Source of the DNA: a virus
Taxonomy: Duplodnaviria; Caudoviricetes
Direction: 5' to 3' (one strand)
DNA length: 24,748 bases
IMG/VR virus record: IMGVR_UViG_3300005805_000464
Span: 1 to 24,748 of that record
Position numbers and translations under genes: made by a program. Below the pieces are notes generated by a model that saw nothing but the letters and a program-made list of their open reading frames with translations, ran no database searches and was not told the DNA's origin. Of the stretch, positions 1-7,519 are shown piece by piece; positions within the stretch are counted from its first letter, which is position 1; every line of letters starts with the position of its first letter.

Positions 1-920
1 GCTACAGCTATATTAACACCATCCATTACGTGACAAAGATTATTAGGACAGAATGGTCCAATACCAGGAGCATACATCAATTTGGTTGTGCATTTAGGAC
101 ACTCACCATGATCTATATCTATATTCTCATCAACATCTTCTTCCTTTTTAGCAGGTGGTGGCAAGGCCGCTGCCCAACGCATACTGCTATTAGCTGCAAG
201 AATCAATGCTATAGCCAAAGGATCAAATACTATAACGATAATAATTATTACCCAACGCACTGCTTTTTCCAGTAAGTTGGTGTCAGGATTATCACCGTAG
301 ATTAAGGCTGCTACGTACTTAATTGGCCCGACCTCTGCTTCAACCTTACGTAGTTCGCTAGCTATAGGTGCACGTTCTTCATTTAAAGCAGCAATTTTTT
401 TCTGTGCCGCAGCAATCTCATTTTGTAATTGTTGACGTTCCTTTGCCTGCTGTCGTCTAATCTGTACCGCACGTTCAGCACCCTTGTCGTCAGCACTGCG
501 ACTCAAACGTTGGTCTACTTGTGCATCCATTTGTAATAAAGCGCGGCGAGCAGCTTCAATATTATCGCGTTCTGTTTTGATCTTTTCGTCTAATAACTGA
601 ACCTTGGCTGCAACATCACCAGTAGGTACTGCTTGGTCTAGGTGTGCCTTACTAAGGAAACCAAAAATTCCCATGCTGGTAATTAACATTAATACGGCCA
701 CAGCAAAGGTAAGATAAATTTTTAAGGCAAGGCTAGCTTGATGCCAATACTTCTTTAACCAAACACTGGTAACAATTTTACCAAATTCTAGTACCCCGCC
801 CATAATAACAATGGGCCAAAAGGCAGCAGCAAATATGGCGGTTAGGCCTATGATGCTGTAATATGCTGCTACACCACTGATGGTGAGTGCTGTGAATAAA
901 GTTAAGAATTCAAACCACAT
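1..920 (-). CDS. Membrane protein with coiled-coil region (3' end runs off the window)
   Basis: Absent from the ORF track; translated by hand from ATG at 920: MWFEFLTLFTALTISVVAAYYSIIGLTAIF... It has three N-terminal hydrophobic helices, a long coiled coil, a further TM segment (VIIIIVIVFDPLAIALIL) and a CPKC...CPNNLC motif. The frame is open to the window edge. Confidence 0.85.
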   Translation of the reverse strand, partial: MWFEFLTLFTALTISGVAAYYSIIGLTAIFAAAFWPIVIMGGVLEFGKIVTSVWLKKYWHQASLALKIYLTFAVAVLMLITSMGIFGFLSKAHLDQAVPTGDVAAKVQLLDEKIKTERDNIEAARRALLQMDAQVDQRLSRSADDKGAERAVQIRRQQAKERQQLQNEIAAAQKKIAALNEERAPIASELRKVEAEVGPIKYVAALIYGDNPDTNLLEKAVRWVIIIIVIVFDPLAIALILAANSSMRWAAALPPPAKKEEDVDENIDIDHGECPKCTTKLMYAPGIGPFCPNNLCHVMDGVNIAV

Positions 921-984
921 GTATTATTTAATTGATCTTATAGATATAATATACTACTTGTATCTGATATGCGATAGCACTATC

Positions 985-1015
985 AAAAAAATCCCGCTTT
1001 GTATTTAGCGGGATT
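985..1015 (-). terminator. Intrinsic terminator
   Basis: Minus strand reads AATCCCGCT-AAATACAA-AGCGGGATT followed by a T-tract, just downstream of the 1033..1392 gene. Confidence 0.8.
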
Positions 1016-1032
1016 ATTTGAGTAAATGTGTA

Positions 1033-1392
1033 TTAAAAAATTTTAATTTTGTCTGGTTGAAACCTGTTGCTGTATATTTTGTTACCTCTAGCACGTATAA
1101 GATCCGCGCTGGTTTGAGGACTGTCCTCGAACATTTCTTTTATATCATCGGCACTGATATTCTCATCAGTCTGCACAGAGTAGATCTCGTAATGCCTCTG
1201 AGGATTGGCTTTAGCCCGTAATAGCATCATGTTAACATACCTACTCAACGTATGCCCACCTCTGGCAGGTTGATAAGGCGTATTAAAATCCTGCTTTAAC
1301 ATCTCAACCAACTCATCTTGTTCCATTGCGTCCACATCTATAACGGCTTCAACGCCAAGATTGTCCCAGCTTATAATAAACGTTTTGCTCAT
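1033..1392 (-). CDS. Hypothetical phage protein
   Basis: 119-aa ORF with an ATGA overlap to the upstream gene, followed by a terminator. Confidence 0.8.
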   Translation of the reverse strand: MSKTFIISWDNLGVEAVIDVDAMEQDELVEMLKQDFNTPYQPARGGHTLSRYVNMMLLRAKANPQRHYEIYSVQTDENISADDIKEMFEDSPQTSADLIRARGNKIYSNRFQPDKIKIF

Positions 1393-1625
1393 GCAATTAT
1401 AACCCTTATAATACCCATAATGTAGATTGCTAACAGCCCTGCGTTAACTGCAATCATAGCAGGCTCACGTATCCGTATAGCCCAAATTAGAAACAACACC
1501 GCACCCACGTTAAGCAGGTAAACGTTGTAGGGGTCTATGGCCAAACTGGTAAACAGTGCGCCCACCAATGTAACTACCGTGGCGCTCCACTTGTAAAACT
1601 TGCTGAGCTTATCTTCTGTCATCAT
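1389..1625 (-). CDS. Small three-TM membrane protein
   Basis: 78 aa with three hydrophobic segments; translationally coupled on both sides. Confidence 0.8.
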   Translation of the reverse strand: MMTEDKLSKFYKWSATVVTLVGALFTSLAIDPYNVYLLNVGAVLFLIWAIRIREPAMIAVNAGLLAIYIMGIIRVIIA

Positions 1626-1945
1626 TAGTATTGGTTCAGTGCAGGTGCAAGTTCTGCAATCAGTTCACGTTCTCTAGCATGCGCGGGCTTGCGACCACGC
1701 AGCACTTCAACTATCTCTACCATAAAGTTTTCTGCGCCATAGCTACGAATACTTTTGCAGAGGTTCCAAACCCTATTTTCAGTAACTGCGCGGCGCACAT
1801 GTTTCTGAAAACGCACCTTAACCGCACGTTTGGGAGCGGCACCACACACAGTAATGCCAATGTAGAAATCACCCGTTACCATGTTTTTCAACATGTAAAC
1901 GGCGTGTTTGGTATCTTGTCTACGTCTACGTTTAGCTTTAAGCAT
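1625..1945 (-). CDS. Stand-alone GIY-YIG nuclease
   Basis: AVY-x10-FYIG motif, a conserved Arg (VRFQKH) and Glu (RERELI). Start moved to ATG 1945 because the sigma70 promoter lies inside the longer ORF call. Confidence 0.8.
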   Translation of the reverse strand: MLKAKRRRRQDTKHAVYMLKNMVTGDFYIGITVCGAAPKRAVKVRFQKHVRRAVTENRVWNLCKSIRSYGAENFMVEIVEVLRGRKPAHARERELIAELAPALNQY

Positions 1946-1951
1946 AGTCAT

Positions 1952-1980
1952 ATTATATAGAAAAGGGCATTTTTTGTCAA
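1952..1980 (-). promoter_or_regulatory. Consensus sigma70 promoter
   Basis: TTGACA (1980-1975), 17-nt spacer, TATAAT (1957-1952); perfect consensus. Confidence 0.9.
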
Positions 1981-2020
1981 CCAAAATACTTGACAAATAA
2001 TGCCCCAAAAACTCTATATA

Positions 2021-2033
2021 AATCAATAACTTA
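2021..2033 (+). promoter_or_regulatory. Candidate IHF-binding site
   Basis: AATCAATAACTTA matches WATCAANNNNTTR, about 40 bp upstream of the -35 box. Confidence 0.45.
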
Positions 2034-2035
2034 GC

Positions 2036-2233
2036 TTAGTGTAAGGTTTGCTGTTGCATAAATGCTTGATTTTTAAAGATTTTCATAATTTTTTTAATAT
2101 TTGTTGGCATCTCATCCATATATTCTATGTTTTCTGGAACAGCATATGACTTGAGGTTTCCAGATCCATCAATTACAAAAATATAATCCCCATCTTGAAT
2201 TTCGTCCAAAAAATCTTCTGATTCAGTATCCAT
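2036..2233 (-). CDS. Hypothetical acidic protein
   Basis: 65-aa ORF with a purine-rich RBS (GAAAGGG). Confidence 0.7.
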   Translation of the reverse strand: MDTESEDFLDEIQDGDYIFVIDGSGNLKSYAVPENIEYMDEMPTNIKKIMKIFKNQAFMQQQTLH

Positions 2234-2262
2234 GATGTCGCCCTTTCTTGTTGGGCTGGATT

Positions 2263-2574
2263 TTATCTAAATACGATAAAGGCCAGCAGTATTGCTTGAA
2301 CTACAAACCCAGTGCCAATCGTAATAATATTCAAATTATCCTTTAGGACAATAGCCTTAGCAAAAAGTAGCACCAATCCTGTCCATACAAATAATACTAG
2401 ATCAATATTGGGTGGTCTGTCAGTAAGTCCTGCCATCAATGCCAGCATACTTGGTACAGTGGCACAGTGTAACACTATTGCTGCCAGCCAACCTAAGGTA
2501 TCAGCAGTTAGTTTTTTTAGATGTTCACGCAAAAAATCTGCTGCAATTTTGAATGGATTAGCAAGCATTTTCAT
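2263..2574 (-). CDS. Three-TM membrane protein (holin candidate or PQ-loop-like)
   Basis: Three hydrophobic helices; ATG 2574 preferred because it follows AGGAGA; directly downstream of the cell-wall hydrolase. Confidence 0.7.
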   Translation of the reverse strand: MKMLANPFKIAADFLREHLKKLTADTLGWLAAIVLHCATVPSMLALMAGLTDRPPNIDLVLFVWTGLVLLFAKAIVLKDNLNIITIGTGFVVQAILLAFIVFR

Positions 2575-2618
2575 AAAATCTCCTTGAATAGTTTTGAACA
2601 ATTTGTTGGCATACATGC

Positions 2619-3197
2619 TTATTTATAAAAAATATGTCTACCGATTTTAGCCAGTTGTTGTTTGTTCCACCCTGGGTTAACATAGTCTGCGTGAAAGTAC
2701 ATGGCCTCATTGAGACTAGGCAAGCGGAAGTTTTCAAATAATACTTTTTTGGCCACTTCTTCGCTGTCAGCATAGTTCTTGCTCATTACAGGTTTGTTTA
2801 ATTTCCAATTGCCTTCACAAACCCAGCTGAACTGACAAATCACTTTTTCATATACAATATTTTTTTGGTGCACAGTGCTACACACATCTGAACCAAATTT
2901 ACCACTGTTTACTCTGTTCATGGTAACTTGGGCCACAGCAACCTTACCTTCAAAAGGTTCAGACCCGGCTTCCCAATAGATGTTTCTTGTCAAACATTCT
3001 AATTGTTTGAATTTTACATCGGCGTTATTTCTTACTTGGGCGGCCTGTTCCAGTTGTGTTTCAAGTTTAGCAAACTTCTTTTCAACAACCTTTGACAAAA
3101 CACCACCAACTGCTAAAACACATATAACAATAATACAAGATTTAATGATGTTTGGCCATAAACCAAATTCATTATTTTCTCCCATAGTAGTGACCAT
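2619..3197 (-). CDS. SleB/Hydrolase_2-family cell-wall hydrolase with N-terminal TM anchor
   Basis: Motifs CLTRNIYWEAGSE, GKVAVAQVTMNRV, CQFSW and IGRHIFY; strong RBS GAAAGGAG. Confidence 0.9.
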   Translation of the reverse strand: MVTTMGENNEFGLWPNIIKSCIIVICVLAVGGVLSKVVEKKFAKLETQLEQAAQVRNNADVKFKQLECLTRNIYWEAGSEPFEGKVAVAQVTMNRVNSGKFGSDVCSTVHQKNIVYEKVICQFSWVCEGNWKLNKPVMSKNYADSEEVAKKVLFENFRLPSLNEAMYFHADYVNPGWNKQQLAKIGRHIFYK

Positions 3198-3262
3198 AAT
3201 TCAGTCTCCTTTCTGTTAGAGCGTAGTTTTATATACCATATGATTTGGTAAGAAAACTACTA
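3198..3262 (-). promoter_or_regulatory. Structured 5' leader of the hydrolase gene
   Basis: GTAGTTTT-CT-TACCA-loop-TGGTA-TAT-AAAACTAC stem, then GCTCTAACAGAAAGGAG. An extended -10 element (TGCTATAAT) lies at 3293-3285. Confidence 0.55.
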
Positions 3263-3334
3263 TGTTAACCAAATAAACACGCACATTATAGCATGTTTCA
3301 GGTAAAAATTCCTAGTAATATGGTAAGATAACTG

Positions 3335-4978
3335 CTAAATGGTGCTAGTTATTCTAATGCCGGCATTGCTTAAAAATTCAATATTTTTGAATTGGCTAAT
3401 AACTGCCTGTACACATTGACCAGCCTCATTATCTAAGGCCATGTTATATAACATGTATCCTGTTTTTATATTATCTGTGTCTTGAGCATTACCGGGTATC
3501 GATGCGACAAAATCTAAAACTTGAATATTATCGCTATATGAAGTAACATCAAAATTTGCCTTGTTATAGTTTAGATATTCTACACGAATACTGCTACACA
3601 CATCTAAATAAAATTGATTTATATTTTGAACAATGTCAATAGTGTCAGGGTCTACAGCAGCATTACTCAATATAGTAAAATATGCATTTATTTCATTTTG
3701 TAGTTGGGTTGACATGCCAGTCGCTGCATATTTGCTTATATCCTCAAGACTTTTTCTTATAAGAGGTCCATACTTTGATTTATCCAATTCATTAATGTAT
3801 CTATTAACTTGCTGCATTTGATAAGTCAAATATCCACTGGCAGCACCGATAATGTTCAATATTGTGATTAATTGATTATCTACATTAGTAGGTAAAATTC
3901 TACGTAGATAATCAATCACATCTTGCGGCAATAAGCTTGTAGGTGAAGCCAATGCTTCCACCGCAGCACCTACAGTAGACAATATAGATTCAATCATATT
4001 TGCCAATTCTAATCCAGTAGTGGCGGTTAACGCTGGGGTCTTTTCAAAAAGATTATTTCCCACTTCGATGAATGTTTGAAAAGCACTATCATTCTGTAAA
4101 CCGCTGGCCGTCTCAATTTGACAGTAATCCAACGGATTTTTCATATTTGGAACTGTGCTTTCTAAGACAGTTTGTATGGTCTGCAAATCAGCAGGATTAG
4201 TAATTTTGGCCAATGATTCTGCAATTGCTAGACTATAGTTAGGATTGTAAATATCATCTAGATCAACACCTTTTGCTATCAGTTCTTCAGTCAATCCATT
4301 GATTTGTCCTAAACCATTGTCAATCATAGTCTTCGCTACTCCACCAGGGCTAGCAAAACAATTTAATCCATCATTGACTGTTTGTATATTTTTTCCTATA
4401 TTTTTCAAAGCTATCAACAGTGCTTGACCCTGTTGAAATTGATTTATACCCTGCGTTATCCATCCCGCATAGCTGTTAAACCCGTAATATTCAAGATTAG
4501 TTTCTTCTGCTAGGTTCAATGCAGATGTATAAGGATTTGATGTCTCAACCCACCCAGAGGCTTGATTAAAAACATTGATAAAATAGTTGGTATCAAAATA
4601 ATTACTACCAGATGCTCTAGTTAATTGTAAATCTAAATAATAGAGAAAATTTCCCTGTACATCGCTGAGACTAGATGGCATTACTCCAGTCAATGCCGGT
4701 ATAGCACTATTAGCGCCAAAGGTGCATTGCAATGGGTCCTTGTAATATTGTCTAATATATCCTGTCAGATATGGAGTTGGGTTGATTGAACCAGTATTCA
4801 ACAACATGGCAACCATACTGCCTTGTGAACTGAGGCTACCCCTATATACTCCGCTGTAATCTTCAGTATCTAATCTAGGTACAGCAGCACCTAAAGTATA
4901 TGCTCCTGATTCGTAGGTTGACTCTGTTGCTTGTGAAGCTGGACCTTGACCAGCTAATCCGTATCTAGCGAATGTCAT
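3335..4978 (-). CDS. Hypothetical protein, probable virion/baseplate-associated
   Basis: 547-aa N/S/T/A-rich ORF in the operon downstream of the PAAR gene. Confidence 0.75.
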   Translation of the reverse strand: MTFARYGLAGQGPASQATESTYESGAYTLGAAVPRLDTEDYSGVYRGSLSSQGSMVAMLLNTGSINPTPYLTGYIRQYYKDPLQCTFGANSAIPALTGVMPSSLSDVQGNFLYYLDLQLTRASGSNYFDTNYFINVFNQASGWVETSNPYTSALNLAEETNLEYYGFNSYAGWITQGINQFQQGQALLIALKNIGKNIQTVNDGLNCFASPGGVAKTMIDNGLGQINGLTEELIAKGVDLDDIYNPNYSLAIAESLAKITNPADLQTIQTVLESTVPNMKNPLDYCQIETASGLQNDSAFQTFIEVGNNLFEKTPALTATTGLELANMIESILSTVGAAVEALASPTSLLPQDVIDYLRRILPTNVDNQLITILNIIGAASGYLTYQMQQVNRYINELDKSKYGPLIRKSLEDISKYAATGMSTQLQNEINAYFTILSNAAVDPDTIDIVQNINQFYLDVCSSIRVEYLNYNKANFDVTSYSDNIQVLDFVASIPGNAQDTDNIKTGYMLYNMALDNEAGQCVQAVISQFKNIEFLSNAGIRITSTI

Positions 4979-5443
4979 TTATACTCCTTCTGGTGGAAGA
5001 TTTTCAAAAACATAATCAGCATCCCAATCACCACTTCCTCTAGCAGCAGTGCCGTTAATAATTGGTCCGCCAAAATAAGCAAAACTTTCTGGAGCAATTT
5101 GACTTTTAGTACCTATAAGTGTAAAAGTATATTCAGTTACATTGGGTTCTGGGTAACTTACATTCTGTACAAAAATATTGTTATTTTTTGTCACAAAGGC
5201 AAGATTACCTGCATAAATTGGATTAACATCAGGTTCTTTTGGTTGACCAGTAACATAATCTGTGGTCATTAAGCTAAGACAGTTTGTATCAGAATATTCT
5301 TTTACTGCTGCTAGAAATTCTTGATTTATACAAAAAGGCGGAATAGTACCTTGGTACATATATGCAGCTAATGCCAGTTGCAAAGGACTTAACACTGAAC
5401 TGATTGTTGGGCTTGCATTGGTATTAAGAACGTTTGGCGTCAT
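4979..5443 (-). CDS. Hypothetical protein, probable virion-associated
   Basis: 154 aa; abuts both neighbours with TAA-ATG junctions. Confidence 0.75.
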   Translation of the reverse strand: MTPNVLNTNASPTISSVLSPLQLALAAYMYQGTIPPFCINQEFLAAVKEYSDTNCLSLMTTDYVTGQPKEPDVNPIYAGNLAFVTKNNNIFVQNVSYPEPNVTEYTFTLIGTKSQIAPESFAYFGGPIINGTAARGSGDWDADYVFENLPPEGV

Positions 5444-5740
5444 TTATTTTTTACCAATGCGTACATTTTTGCTGGCTTTTGTAACTGTATGGCCGCAAGT
5501 TCCCTTATTGCCCAACAATACTGGCGTTTTACCATTAACTTTAACCCGTCTACTTGGTGCCGATACTGTGCCAAAACAATGAAGAGGACTGCATTTTGGT
5601 ATACCACAACACAGATGTGGACTATAAACTATACCGCTTAATGCAACAGAAATACCGTTCACTAAAACATTTAAGCTGGCAGGACTTAATAAAACTCCAC
5701 CTGGACCATATAAATCACCTTTTCTAGCTACGCCTGGCAT
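5444..5740 (-). CDS. PAAR-repeat spike-tip protein
   Basis: From ATG 5740: MPGVARKGD...NVLVNGISVA...PH...H...VKVNGKTPV...CGH...SKNVRIG, a typical PAAR pattern with His/Cys ligands. Confidence 0.85.
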   Translation of the reverse strand: MPGVARKGDLYGPGGVLLSPASLNVLVNGISVALSGIVYSPHLCCGIPKCSPLHCFGTVSAPSRRVKVNGKTPVLLGNKGTCGHTVTKASKNVRIGKK

Positions 5741-5741
5741 T

Positions 5742-6053
5742 TTATGTAATGATTCCACCTTTGTTAAGAGTTTTGATACCAGTTGTGGTTTCGTAATAAT
5801 GATCCGCAATTTGCTTGGTTGTTGCCGAATGCAACATAACATGGGCAAACTTTAACTCTATACTATTATTTATTTCAGCTGAAAATAGGCTCTGTATCAA
5901 GTGCAATCCCCCTTGTGCAGGTATAACTGTGCAGGGTTTTTCTATTACAAATGCAGAGTCTGTTTGATCCAATACTCTTGCAACGACCTCATCACCATTT
6001 ACTAATTTAAAGGTAACTATTTCCTTGTTTGCGTAGGGTTTAGACACAAGCAT
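5742..6053 (-). CDS. Conserved phage protein, possible Sm-like fold
   Basis: IVTFKLVNGDEVVARV resembles an Sm1-like motif; C-terminal YYETTTGI. Confidence 0.7.
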   Translation of the reverse strand: MLVSKPYANKEIVTFKLVNGDEVVARVLDQTDSAFVIEKPCTVIPAQGGLHLIQSLFSAEINNSIELKFAHVMLHSATTKQIADHYYETTTGIKTLNKGGIIT

Positions 6054-6294
6054 TGATCTTTTCCTTAATTTGATTTTCAGTTAACTTTGACAATCCAGTG
6101 AACCCGCCTTCAACAAACAAGGTTTCACCTAGGTAAATCTGTGGTACGGTTCGATGACCACGACTTAGAACAAATTCCTTTGCCAATGGATTTTCATCAA
6201 TTTTAATTTCTGTAAATGCGATATTCTTCTGTGTAAGATAATTTCTAGTTTGAACACAAAAAGGACAATTATTTTTTGAATATATAGTCAGCAT
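6040..6294 (-). CDS. grx: Glutaredoxin
   Basis: CPFC active site, TVPQI and GGF motifs; adjacent to nrdAB. Confidence 0.92.
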   Translation of the reverse strand: MLTIYSKNNCPFCVQTRNYLTQKNIAFTEIKIDENPLAKEFVLSRGHRTVPQIYLGETLFVEGGFTGLSKLTENQIKEKINACV

Positions 6295-6349
6295 ATTTTT
6301 TCCTTTGTTTACTATATATCACCTTATTTGAGGTTAGAATAGATTTTAG

Positions 6350-7489
6350 TTATAAACTAAATCCTTTAAAGGTGTTTTCATTTACATCTTGCACAGTACC
6401 GCCAATGATGTAACTGCTTAATTCTACTTCTTGTGGTGCGACTTGAACATCACTGCCACTGATCCACTTGCCAGTCCATGGCAAAGGATTGGAACCTACT
6501 TTGAATGGACATTTAAGACCCACACTGTTCATTCTCTTATGTGTGATCCATTCTACATATTCACATAATAACTGTTCGTTTAACCCAATCATACTGCCGT
6601 CTTTGAATAGATATTTTGCCCAAGTCTTTTCCTGTTCGGCAGCAGCAATAAACATTGCTTCACATTCTTCCTTAGTATCTTCAGCAATTTTTTCAAATGC
6701 CGGATCATCTTTTGGCAAAATCTTAAGAAGGGTTTGTGTGCTAGCTAGATGTAGATTTTCATCCCTACAAATTAATTTAATAATTTTGGCATTGCCTTCC
6801 ATTCTCTTTAACTCAGCAAATGCCCAACTACAGGCAAAACTTACATAGAATCTTATGCCTTCTAATACATTGACACTGTTTAATGCTAACCAGATTTTCT
6901 TTTTTAATTCACTGGTTTTGATATGAATCTGCTGTTCACCGTTCTTATTTTTTATTGTATGTTGGCCTGGTCCTAACATTCTATACCAACCACTATACTC
7001 AATTAAATCATCATAATATTTGCTGATGTCTTTGGCACAATCAACAATATCTTTAATGTCAGTGAGATCATCAAAAATCTTACTGGGATCAGAATAGATA
7101 TTGCGAATGATATGTGTATAACTGCGACTGTGGATAGTTTCGTTGAATGACCAAGTTTCAATCCAAGTCTCTAACTCTGGTATTGACACCAGTGGTAAAA
7201 ATGCAAGGTTAGGACTGCGACCCTGTACACTGTCTAACAATATCTGTCTTTTAAGGTTACTGGTAAAGATATGTTGTTCATATTCGCTGAGTTCTTTGAA
7301 ATCTTTAGCATCACGTAGAATATCTACTTCGCTGGGTTGCCAAAAGAATCCAATCTGTTTTTCAGTAATCTTTTCAAATTGACTGTATTTTAATTTTTCA
7401 TATCTTTGTATATTAACACCACCATCTAAAAATGCGGTGCAGTCTAAGTTTGATTTCTTTTTATTGATAGGAAATACTGAGTTGTTCAT
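6350..7489 (-). CDS. nrdB: Class Ia ribonucleotide reductase beta subunit
   Basis: FWQPSEV, LLDSVQGR, ETIHSRSY (radical Tyr), LEGIRFY, DENLH and VAPQE motifs. Confidence 0.97.
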   Translation of the reverse strand: MNNSVFPINKKKSNLDCTAFLDGGVNIQRYEKLKYSQFEKITEKQIGFFWQPSEVDILRDAKDFKELSEYEQHIFTSNLKRQILLDSVQGRSPNLAFLPLVSIPELETWIETWSFNETIHSRSYTHIIRNIYSDPSKIFDDLTDIKDIVDCAKDISKYYDDLIEYSGWYRMLGPGQHTIKNKNGEQQIHIKTSELKKKIWLALNSVNVLEGIRFYVSFACSWAFAELKRMEGNAKIIKLICRDENLHLASTQTLLKILPKDDPAFEKIAEDTKEECEAMFIAAAEQEKTWAKYLFKDGSMIGLNEQLLCEYVEWITHKRMNSVGLKCPFKVGSNPLPWTGKWISGSDVQVAPQEVELSSYIIGGTVQDVNENTFKGFSL

Positions 7490-7519
7490 AGGATTCTCTT
7501 TGTTATAGTTTATTATATA

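Noticed and set aside
5741-5848. N-terminal extensions of the ORF calls for PAAR (also GIY-YIG, exonuclease and the 2263 gene)
   Set aside because: They overlap upstream genes or promoters; downstream ATGs fit the motifs and RBS better.
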